Assembly (NCBI GenBank): GCA_023898465.1
Contig: CP060223.1
Location: 512,001 to 576,000, forward strand
Length of the DNA: 64,000 bases
From: Candidatus Nomurabacteria bacterium
Lineage (GTDB): Bacteria; Patescibacteriota; Patescibacteriia; HK-STAS-PATE-3
Direction: 5' to 3'
Shown: in pieces, positions 9,191-17,500 of the stretch
Numbering within the stretch: position 1 is the first letter of the stretch
How the letters are laid out: each line of letters opens with the position of its first letter
Made by a program: the position numbers and the translations under genes
Notes under the pieces: generated by a model
Seen by the model: only the letters and a program-made list of their open reading frames with translations
What the model was told of the DNA's origin: nothing
Database searches by the model: none

Positions 9191-9736
9191 TTACGAATAA
9201 GAGAGTTGTTCCATTTCCTTGCGTAAGGCTTGCAAAGCCCTATGTTTCAATACGCGCACATTGAGAGCACTGATCTGCATTACTTTTGCCACTTCACTTA
9301 TACTTAGATCCTCTCGATAAAGCATATGGAGCAGAGTTGCGTAGCGTTCAGGAAGGCGGGTTAAGGCTGATTCCATTTCCCGCTCCATTATTACATCTGG
9401 CATCTCATCCGGATCACTTGATAAAGTATGACTCACGCTCTCAATATCAACCTGGGTGCGTTGGCCACGATAATGATCAATCAAGCGGAAACGGGCAATT
9501 TGAAAAAGCCAGGTAGAGAATTTTGCATGTTTCTGCTCCTTATATCGGGGCAATGAGCGAATCATTTCAAGAAAAACAGTTTGGGTTAAATCCTCAGCTG
9601 TTTCCTGACTACTGACCCGCATAAGCAAGAAACGGAACACCCGGTCTCCGAAAAGGTGGAAAAGTTCGGCCACCCCTTCTTGATCCCCTTGTTGCGCTCT
9701 GGCGACGATTTCCTGTACTTGGCTTTCGTGTTGCAT
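9191..9736 (-). CDS. RNA polymerase ECF-type sigma-70 family sigma factor
   Basis: Region 2 (FLEMIRSLPRYKEQKHAKFSTWLFQIARFRLIDHYR) and region 4 HTH (LSISEVAKVMQISALNVRVLKHRALQALR). ATG at 9734-9736. Confidence 0.85.
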   Translation of the reverse strand: MQHESQVQEIVARAQQGDQEGVAELFHLFGDRVFRFLLMRVSSQETAEDLTQTVFLEMIRSLPRYKEQKHAKFSTWLFQIARFRLIDHYRGQRTQVDIESVSHTLSSDPDEMPDVIMEREMESALTRLPERYATLLHMLYREDLSISEVAKVMQISALNVRVLKHRALQALRKEMEQLSYS

Positions 9737-9798
9737 AGCGTATATTAGTATATCGGAAATAGGATTATTTTGTTACATCTACCAAGAAATGCTATTAC

Positions 9799-9827
9799 TT
9801 GACATTTTTTCATATCTAGTCTAGTAT
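9799..9827 (+). promoter_or_regulatory. Sigma70-like promoter TTGACA-N17-TAGTAT
   Basis: TTGACA at 9799-9804, 17-nt spacer, TAGTAT at 9822-9827. The same -35/-10 pair recurs upstream of csrA, which supports it being a genuine promoter consensus in this genome. Confidence 0.4.
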
Positions 9828-9835
9828 ATGCACTC

Positions 9836-10191
9836 GATGTTCATTAGAAATGAGAGAGAGGCGGGATGAGATAGGTGTCCCCCCAGACACCTCGCTACCT
9901 TCATACAGCGGTAGTTGCATCATCCCACTGCCCGAAGCGGCTCCCCACCCTTGTTACTACTTGTACTGGCTTCATCCCTAAGGATCCCCCGCCAGTCTGG
10001 TGCTGACATGTTCGGCGTCATATCCTTATGGTCTATTGGCTGCAAAGCTGATCACCTTTTGTGATGATGACTCACCGATGCTTCGGCTCAGATGCCTCTC
10101 TCTCCACCTACGCCTGCGCACCTGAGCACTCCCCCAGGCTCACTGCGCATGTGCCCCCGTCGTGTCGTTGTACCGACGGGGGTGCTTTTTT
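9836..10191 (+). ncRNA. Candidate structured non-coding RNA (unidentified class), about 355 nt
   Basis: GC-rich (roughly 55-60%) stretch with no ORF of 60 codons or more, lying between two minus-strand genes. It has its own plus-strand promoter upstream and a strong intrinsic terminator at its 3' end. Contains several local hairpins, for example GGTGTC-CCCCCCA-GACACC and a GC-UUCG-GC tetraloop. Confidence 0.35.
10154..10191 (+). terminator. Rho-independent terminator
   Basis: 9-bp GC-rich stem CCCCCGTCG/CGACGGGGG (10154-10162 / 10174-10182) with an 11-nt loop, then TGC TTTTTT. It is oriented for plus-strand transcripts only. Confidence 0.6.
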
Positions 10192-10232
10192 ATAAAAAGA
10201 AATCCCCAGGCCGATTGGTCTGGGGATGAGAA

Positions 10233-10679
10233 CTAGAACTGTTGTGCTGAACGCATCCGATGAAGCGTGCTACACACCAGTCCAATACCAGAGCGACGCT
10301 CTACACAGAACTGATACACCCGTTGCGCCGCCATGAGCTTTTCATAGAGCGCCTGACCATGCTTAGTGGCTAGTTCGTTTCGCATCTCCCGGTCTAGACC
10401 TTGGTAATACGAACCAAGCAGCAGATAGCGCACTAGAAGCCACCCCAGTAACCCGGAGCTGAGCAGCATCGCTGTTAAAGCACCGGGCAGAGTCAGATAC
10501 CCGAGCAAATCCTCCAGTCTTGCCCAGTAGTACACTGCAACAAGCTCAAATAGCAGAAACGCTAGCGTGGCTATAGTTGACCCTATCCGGATAAACAGGC
10601 GCCACCTTTTCACTCTCTCGCACAACTCTAGAATCTCTTCTTCTTGAACACTGAGTTGCGCGTAGAGGAAATTCGACAT
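10233..10679 (-). CDS. Hypothetical membrane protein
   Basis: ATG at 10677-10679 with a strong Shine-Dalgarno (GAGGGAGGTG) upstream. Two or three predicted TM helices. Lies directly downstream of the heliorhodopsin gene. Confidence 0.5.
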   Translation of the reverse strand: MSNFLYAQLSVQEEEILELCERVKRWRLFIRIGSTIATLAFLLFELVAVYYWARLEDLLGYLTLPGALTAMLLSSGLLGWLLVRYLLLGSYYQGLDREMRNELATKHGQALYEKLMAAQRVYQFCVERRSGIGLVCSTLHRMRSAQQF

Positions 10680-10745
10680 ATGCACCTCCCTCTTGCATAC
10701 CCAAAAGCAGTCTACACCCGCTGCACTGCAGGTCAAGCATTCAGG

Positions 10746-11528
10746 TTAAGGCCGGAGAGTACCGGAAAACATTTGCCAGGCTAGAGCTGATTTCGCCACC
10801 AGGGACAAAATCATATAGGCCTTTTCACCGTAGAGATAGTCCTGCCATTTCCCTATCTTCTTATACTGCAGGACCATGTTAATCGCGAAGATGTTAAAGG
10901 TGACAAAGATGGTGGCCACAATGAAATAAACAAAGGTAGGAATCTCCACTCCGGTCGACTGTACCGCGCCAATGAAGAAAGCAACAATGACCAGCCAGGG
11001 AATTAAGCCAGCCAAAACTCCTATCCAGTACGAAAGCCAATTCGTATGCTTGGTCGTCTGATTATGTACTTCCATCATCAAGCCCATGAGATTCATAATC
11101 GCATTCAAGGCAAACAGCGAAATGAGTAGCCAAAGATCGTACACACCACAAAGCATGGCAATAACTACAATCATAACTGACGAGGATAAGGCATACTCAG
11201 CCCAACGCAGCTTGTTGATGCCCTTTTTCAAATTCTCCTCATACCATTCCCGCAAAGGTCCGGCTAGAAGGAAATGCGCAAAAGCAGAAAGGAAGAGAAA
11301 GACCGCTACGGTGGGGCCTAAGCGTAAGTCAAACAAATGCTCAGGAAGTGGAGCTACACCAAAAACTGGATTATTTGGATCGATTTTCAGGTATGAAGTA
11401 ACAACTGGTAAAGATGAATTATTGCTTATCAAAACCATAATGACGCCTTGCACGAAGTGAAGGGCGGCCATTGACCAATTCCAGACTTGTAGTTTTTTTA
11501 ACTGCTCTTTTTGACTACGCATTTTCAT
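10746..11528 (-). CDS. Heliorhodopsin
   Basis: 260 aa, 7 TM. Close motif-level match (from memory) to heliorhodopsin 48C12: LQVWNWSMAALHFVQ vs LQNFNRIAGVFHLLQ; RWAEYALSSSVMIVVIAMLCG vs RWVEYSLSSSVMIVLIAQICG; GEKAYMILSLVAKSALAWQMFSGTL vs GERAYIVLSLVAKSALAWQIFSGTL. This includes the TM7 Schiff-base Lys (SLVAKS), the counterion Glu (RWAEY) and both conserved His. Confidence 0.85.
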   Translation of the reverse strand: MKMRSQKEQLKKLQVWNWSMAALHFVQGVIMVLISNNSSLPVVTSYLKIDPNNPVFGVAPLPEHLFDLRLGPTVAVFLFLSAFAHFLLAGPLREWYEENLKKGINKLRWAEYALSSSVMIVVIAMLCGVYDLWLLISLFALNAIMNLMGLMMEVHNQTTKHTNWLSYWIGVLAGLIPWLVIVAFFIGAVQSTGVEIPTFVYFIVATIFVTFNIFAINMVLQYKKIGKWQDYLYGEKAYMILSLVAKSALAWQMFSGTLRP

Positions 11529-11546
11529 ACCCCCCCCTTTTTTTCT

Positions 11547-11885
11547 TTACTTAAACCGTTTGCCTAGCCACGCGCCAATCCAAACGGCAAAAAGAATAAT
11601 ACCAAAAAGAATAAGTTGCCACAACCATTGTTCGCTTTCACGCCATAGCATTAGTAGCACGAATAGTGCAGCTGGTACTAGCCAAATACCCGTCCACGCT
11701 TTCCAAAGTGATGGAAACGCAAAAGTAAAGCCAGCGCTAAAAAGCAAGTACACTGCAAAAATTATTGCTCCAGCAACTATGTAATCATTTATCCCGGCGC
11801 TATCAGAAAAAAGCACATTCAGGACGAGAAAAAATCCAAAGAGGCAGCTAAGTAGACAGGCAAGGATAATCAAAAACGTACGCAT
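11547..11885 (-). CDS. Small polytopic membrane protein, hypothetical; immediately upstream of and co-directional with heliorhodopsin
   Basis: 112 aa with three or four hydrophobic helices. ATG at 11883-11885. An 18-nt gap separates it from the heliorhodopsin start. Confidence 0.5.
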   Translation of the reverse strand: MRTFLIILACLLSCLFGFFLVLNVLFSDSAGINDYIVAGAIIFAVYLLFSAGFTFAFPSLWKAWTGIWLVPAALFVLLMLWRESEQWLWQLILFGIILFAVWIGAWLGKRFK

Positions 11886-11925
11886 ATACTAAAGTATATC
11901 ACTTGCCTCGGTCTTTGCGTAGTAC

Positions 11926-13614
11926 TTACTTAGGCTCTGCTACTGGATCTGTAAGCGACGCTCCTGCTGCTGCCATCTCTTCGTGTTCAGCGTCTCTAGG
12001 TAAGAAGAAGGATGCAATGAGGGTGAGTAAGGTAAAAGCAGCTGCGTAATTCATCACATCTTTGTTTGAATCAACGATTGCCTCGTACTGTAGACGGGAT
12101 AACTGCGGCAGCAGTTCAGCTGGGATGTTAGAGGTATCACCCGGTTCAGCGTTACCGAAAGTACGAGCCTGCTCCTCAATCGCTTCAATCAACTGAGGCT
12201 TCATTGCCTCAGGGATATTTACCAAGTCCTGGACGCCTGTTTCAACATGAGAGAGTAAGGAGCTTAAGAGAATCGTCCCAATAATAGCCGTACCAAGTGC
12301 CTGGCCCACAGTACGGAAGGTGGTATTTAAACCTGACGCTTGGCCAGAAAACTGCAGTGGAATAGTGGCTAAAGTAAGATTGGTAATCTGGGACATGATT
12401 AATCCAAAACCAAAGCCATACAAGGCAAGACCGGGAATCAAATCCCATTGACTCATATCAACTGAGAACTCGCTCTTGAGCACAAAAGCACTGATGAAAG
12501 AGATGAGAATGCCGAGCTGAATAATGTAGCGAGCGTGGAAGCGACCAGTGAAACGTGAGAAAAGCCCAGCGGCGATAAACAAGGCGATCGACATCGGCAT
12601 CAATGCTAGGCCCGTATCAAAGGCGCTTAAACCCAAAATAGCCTGTAGTAAAACTGGAATGGTAAAGAAGATGCCAGATTGAGCTAATACGAGAATGGTC
12701 AATGTCACAATGCCAGTGGAAAAAGCTCGATTCTGCAATATCACTGGATTCATAAGGGGCACTAAACCATCTGCACGTTGTGAACGATGTAAGCGTCGCT
12801 GCCAAAAACCAAAAAAGATGAGTATGAGCACGCCAAGGGCTACTGCTATTGGGGTAATGGAAAGGTCAAAAGGATGTATAGCAATATCGCCCATAGAATA
12901 AATCTCTTTTGCCTTCCACCAACCGTACTGACTTGCTTCCAAGAGGCCAAACACCACCGAACCAAGACCAAACGCTGACAGGATGGCGCCTAAATAATCA
13001 AGCTTCTCGCGTGAAGCATCATGCGTGCGTGGATCACGAATATAGCGAGCCAGAGCGAGAATAACTATGACAATAATCACCTCAGTAGCAAAAGCCCAGC
13101 GCCAGCTAAAATGCGTAGTCATATAACCGCCGAATAGTGGTCCAAGTGCTGCAGTCGCGCCAGCGGTGCCGCCCCAGATGCCGAAGGCAATGCGCAAATC
13201 CCTGCCGCGGTAATTCGCCAAAATAAGCGAAACAGTAGCTGGCATCATCAATGCCGCTCCAATGCCCTCAATAATTGACCAGCCTAATATCAACACATTT
13301 ACGTTCGGACTGAGTGCGGCAGTGATAGTGCCGGTCGCATACACCACTACGCCGATAAGGAAAAGCTTTTTGCGGCCATACATATCACCTATTCTGCCAC
13401 CAGTGAGCATAAAGGCTGCCATAACAAGAGAATAGATGGTGATGGCCCACTGCACATTTCGCAAGCTTGTACCGAGATCATGCACAACGTTTCGAATAGA
13501 AACATTAAGCATGGTGGTATCAAAGATGATAATCACCAAAGCAAGGCTAAGTACAACTACTAGGCCCCACTTCTGGAACCAAGCGCGAATAGGATGTGAA
13601 GTATTTGTTTCCAT
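11926..13614 (-). CDS. MFS transporter, DHA2 (EmrB/QacA-like, 14-TM) family
   Basis: Typical MFS motif (GRIGDMYGRKKLFLIGV) and a 14-TM organisation. Start taken at the ATG at 13612-13614 (METNTSHP...) rather than the TTG of the longer ORF. Confidence 0.85.
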   Translation of the reverse strand: METNTSHPIRAWFQKWGLVVVLSLALVIIIFDTTMLNVSIRNVVHDLGTSLRNVQWAITIYSLVMAAFMLTGGRIGDMYGRKKLFLIGVVVYATGTITAALSPNVNVLILGWSIIEGIGAALMMPATVSLILANYRGRDLRIAFGIWGGTAGATAALGPLFGGYMTTHFSWRWAFATEVIIVIVILALARYIRDPRTHDASREKLDYLGAILSAFGLGSVVFGLLEASQYGWWKAKEIYSMGDIAIHPFDLSITPIAVALGVLILIFFGFWQRRLHRSQRADGLVPLMNPVILQNRAFSTGIVTLTILVLAQSGIFFTIPVLLQAILGLSAFDTGLALMPMSIALFIAAGLFSRFTGRFHARYIIQLGILISFISAFVLKSEFSVDMSQWDLIPGLALYGFGFGLIMSQITNLTLATIPLQFSGQASGLNTTFRTVGQALGTAIIGTILLSSLLSHVETGVQDLVNIPEAMKPQLIEAIEEQARTFGNAEPGDTSNIPAELLPQLSRLQYEAIVDSNKDVMNYAAAFTLLTLIASFFLPRDAEHEEMAAAGASLTDPVAEPK

Positions 13615-13715
13615 AATTGCAAAAAAATGAATGGCCGTACTCACCCGGAGCACTCCCGGATAATAACGTAACGTCAAGTATACTCGCCGCTCAATAACTT
13701 GTCGAGACTACGGCA

Positions 13716-14219
13716 TCATATCTTCCGAGCGTCATAGGCCCAGTGTAGCAGCGCCTGACGTTGCCGACGGCGACAAGCCATATCACGAGGCGCGCAATAC
13801 TTCTTGATTTGACCAACGTGACGACGAATAGCTTTCCAGCGCTTTATTTGACGCTCATCCTCCCTGGGAATACGACGGCCTGAATAATAGCGACAGTACC
13901 ATTGAAACCAACCTCGTGGATCCTCTGGATAAATCCAGCCTTTGCGCTGCCACTCTGCTAAAGATTGACTAGCGTCGACAGCAAAGAAATTGAGGTGGGG
14001 ATTATGGGTGGAGGATAATCGTGCGCCGCGAAACCATGAAGCGGGAAATTCTTTTTGACAATCATTGAGGTACTTACCCCCAAAAACACCTAGTCGCAGC
14101 ATCTGCGCAGGACTTAATTCAGGCGTAAACTCTGGAGCAAAGTTTCGGCCAGGCGCTTCTGTCCGGTAGTATGTGTAGGCCTGCTGAAAGCTATCGTTTA
14201 CTTTAACTTTTTTCTTCAT
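13716..14219 (-). CDS. Conserved hypothetical protein
   Basis: 168 aa from the ATG at 14217-14219. Trp/Arg-rich conserved-looking segments (PRGWFQWYCRYYSGRRIPREDERQIKRW). No confident family assignment. Confidence 0.45.
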   Translation of the reverse strand: MKKKVKVNDSFQQAYTYYRTEAPGRNFAPEFTPELSPAQMLRLGVFGGKYLNDCQKEFPASWFRGARLSSTHNPHLNFFAVDASQSLAEWQRKGWIYPEDPRGWFQWYCRYYSGRRIPREDERQIKRWKAIRRHVGQIKKYCAPRDMACRRRQRQALLHWAYDARKI

Positions 14220-14520
14220 AATCCCCTGTTGAAGCTTGCCGCACCCAGCGCTGCTCAATATAGAGCACTCGCCACCACCATCGCCCTAAGAAATACCCAC
14301 CAATCGCTCCAAGTAGTAACAAGCCAATTTGAATGTATGGTGGAAGCGCACATCCCCAGGTCCAATGTATAACCTGTCCATTTTTCTCAGCCCAGCTTAA
14401 ATACCACTGCTCAATTCCTAAATGTAACAGCAAACTTAACAGCACGCCGAACACAGTAGCGCTAATGAGATAAAGTGCATGTTTGAACGGGGTTGCTTTA
14501 AGTGGTCCGCGATGAAACAT
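14203..14520 (-). CDS. Hypothetical small membrane protein
   Basis: ATG at 14518-14520. Two hydrophobic helices. It lies 2 nt after the stop of the giant surface protein gene. Confidence 0.4.
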   Translation of the reverse strand: MFHRGPLKATPFKHALYLISATVFGVLLSLLLHLGIEQWYLSWAEKNGQVIHWTWGCALPPYIQIGLLLLGAIGGYFLGRWWWRVLYIEQRWVRQASTGDYEEKS

Positions 14521-14522
14521 AT

Positions 14523-17500
14523 TTAGAAAAGATTTAACCAACCAAAGAGGTCTTGCACTGATCCTAGGATTACCTGCACAACTGTTTGTTCTTGCTGTGG
14601 AGTAAGAATAGTCAGAGGCTCAGACACCGAGGTCTGTCCACTGGAATCCGTGCTCTCCACCTTGAACTGATACACCGAACCTGGCTCAAAACTTGTCAAA
14701 ACGACAACGTGCCGTTTCGTATAGTTTGTATCAAGTGGCGTGGCTTCGGTAATTGCTTCATCAGCACTGGCAACACCCTGTCGATAGTACACTCGACTAG
14801 TGGCTGGCTCATTTGTTAGCCAGCTGATGATGGTTTGGACTTTAGTATCACGGCCCGGGGAAAGGGCTGAGTCAGTTTGAATCTGCGAGATAAGCGGAGG
14901 CGCATTCTCATCGCCGGTCACAAAGGAGTCAAGCGTCTTGGAAACCGTATTGCCATCTGCATCAACACTTACCAACTCAATTGCGTAAGTCACTCCAGAC
15001 TCAAAACTATCTACAGTCACCTGATGAATAATGGTTTGCGTATCATCTCGAACACTGCTTAACTCATCGACCGCTTTGATGTTATTGCGATAAGGTATCA
15101 CCCGTACAGTGGCATCTGCATCACGAGTGGTGGTCCAGCGGAATACCGCTTCCTCGCTTGATATTTTTTCGACGGCATAATTTTGAATATCAAAAACCTG
15201 CGGATCAGTAGTGAAACTAAAGTCTGCACTTTGCGTTGTCTGGCTAATCTTTGTTCGACTACGCACTTGGTAATGATAGGTTGTATCAGGCTGTAAGTTG
15301 TAAACCGTAACTGAATGGGTCGTGCTATAGGTTTCCGCATCACCCACCACCTGAGTATACTGTTGTGCCAGAGCAAAGTCAGCATCTGAAGCGTAAGCTA
15401 CCAGGGCATTAGAGTCTTTATCAGTTCTCCATTGGATAGTGACTGAAGTTGGACCAACATCCACGCGAGGCTCTCCACTAATAAGCGGAGTAGGAATTAT
15501 TTTTGATAACTCCTCGATGAGTTGATACTGCTCTTCTAAACTTAGCTCTAAAATATCAATGCTAACATTGCCATAGAGATCATTCAGTAGATCAAGATTT
15601 TCTTCAAGGATATTCTTAATCTCATCAGGATTGTTTCTATCGATTGGTGCAGTGCCAGACGTAGTGAATGTTTTATCGCCGGTAATCGACGTGTTGCCGC
15701 TTGCATCAACGGAAATAACTCGATAATGATAAGTAGACCCACTGTTTAATTGTTGCAGAGTAAGGCTATGACTGGTGGCATAAGTCCAGTCACCATAAAT
15801 AGTTCCGTAAACTGTGGTAAGGCCAAATTGAATAAAGCTATTCGCTTCCTCACTTGTAGTCCAACGCACAGTGGCAGCGCTATCGCTAATGTTTACCACC
15901 TCGATGCCGGTTATGCTTGGATTTGTCTCATCCTTACTACCATCAATAGCATCTTGTTCACGTTGCTCTACATCTGATTCCTCAGACAGCATTTCTAAAG
16001 TGCTAAAGGATTTTTCTGTACTCGTTGTGCTATTACCTGAAGCATCAACTGACGAAACAGTGTAATAGTATGTCGTCTTAGGGCTGAGATTACTTAAGGT
16101 AACTAAATGGGTTAGGTTGAGACTTTCGTCTAAGCTCGTTGTAACCGTATAATTTCCCGAGCTTGTCCCATAACGCAATTGAGATGTTGCTCGCTCGTTA
16201 CTTAGCCAGGTAACTACTGCTCGAGTGTCAATGACCGGATCGGCCTGTATATTTGATAAGACTGGTGGCACTGTATCACTAGTCGTAACAAAGGAGTAAT
16301 ATTCACCACCGTTGTTATCAAAAGCTACGCCTGAGGTTACATAGTAGTAATACAGGGTACCGTTTGTCAGTCCTGATAACTTCACTAAATGATTCATCGT
16401 TGGTGGAGTATCCAGACCAACCTCAATGGCATCACTCATATCTGAATTCACTGAATAGAAGACGTGTGAATCAGACTCTACATCAGTTAACCAGCTTATA
16501 CTCGCTTCAGTATTACTCACCTCTTGCGTACTTACATTAGAAATTGCTGGACCACTTAAGGTTGTTACCGTATATCCATCACCTCCGTCAGAGTCAGTTG
16601 CCGAGTTCCCACCCGGATCCTCTGAACGAACTCTGAAATAGTACGTTGTCGAGGGATCGAGTCCGGTAAGTATGACTCGGTGAACACCAACACCTGCTTC
16701 ATTATCCATCAGAGTTGCAACACCGATAGTCGTACCAAAATCAGCTGGGGTATCTGAATATCCAATAGTAGAATCAGAGAGCTCATCTGTCTCCCAGGTA
16801 ATAGTGACCGTCTGAGTACCTATCTGACTGGTTGCTACATTTGAAATAGTTGGAGGCGTACTATCAGTACCTCCTTGTCCGTTGGCAGACTCTGAGACAA
16901 CCGCCGAGTAGTAAGAAAAATTTCCATCGCTATCTTCGCTTGATATCTTATACCAATAGCTTGTATCTGCTGTAACACTTTGATCGAGATAATAGTTAAT
17001 TGCTCTATCGCTTATGTGGCTAATCGTACTATAGCTCGTGCCGTCTGTTGAACGATACACCGTGTATTCGCTAAAGCCTGGGTCGGGCAGTGCTACTGCC
17101 TTCCAAGAAATAAAGAGTTGATAGGCATCAGCTTCTACATTACTAATATCACGAATAATCACTGTTGTTGGTGTTTCTGGTGTTACCGCTGATGCACTAC
17201 TGCTGGTATTTTTGTACGCATCACGGAAACGGACATAGACTGTATCTGGATCAGTAACCAAGGAAATAGTTGAGGAAGAGGCATAGCTTACCCACGTCGC
17301 GCCAACAAAGTCACTCCGCAAAGATACTTGCATTTCAAGGCTGCTATCATCAGAGCCGGAGAGATCGAGAGAAGCGGGGTCAGTACGTGCGTCCACCACA
17401 ATTGCCGGACTACCGAGGACTGGGTCTTTTACATCAAGAGTAAAGGCGCTTGTTTCATCGCTGGCTGTATTATTTGCTAATTCCCCATCATCAATAGTGA

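Noticed and set aside
9836-10191. Tested whether the GC-rich non-coding stretch is RNase P RNA, tmRNA, SRP RNA or 6S RNA
   Set aside because: No GGAAAGTCCGG / ACAGAA-CCGGCTTA P4 elements. No tRNA-like GGTTCGA T-arm with a 3' CCA. No in-frame Ala-Ala stop tag peptide. Wrong length for 6S or 4.5S. The region is kept only as an unclassified ncRNA candidate.
11086-11460. 124-aa plus-strand ORF inside the heliorhodopsin gene
   Set aside because: Antisense to a strongly supported 7-TM gene. No features of a real protein.
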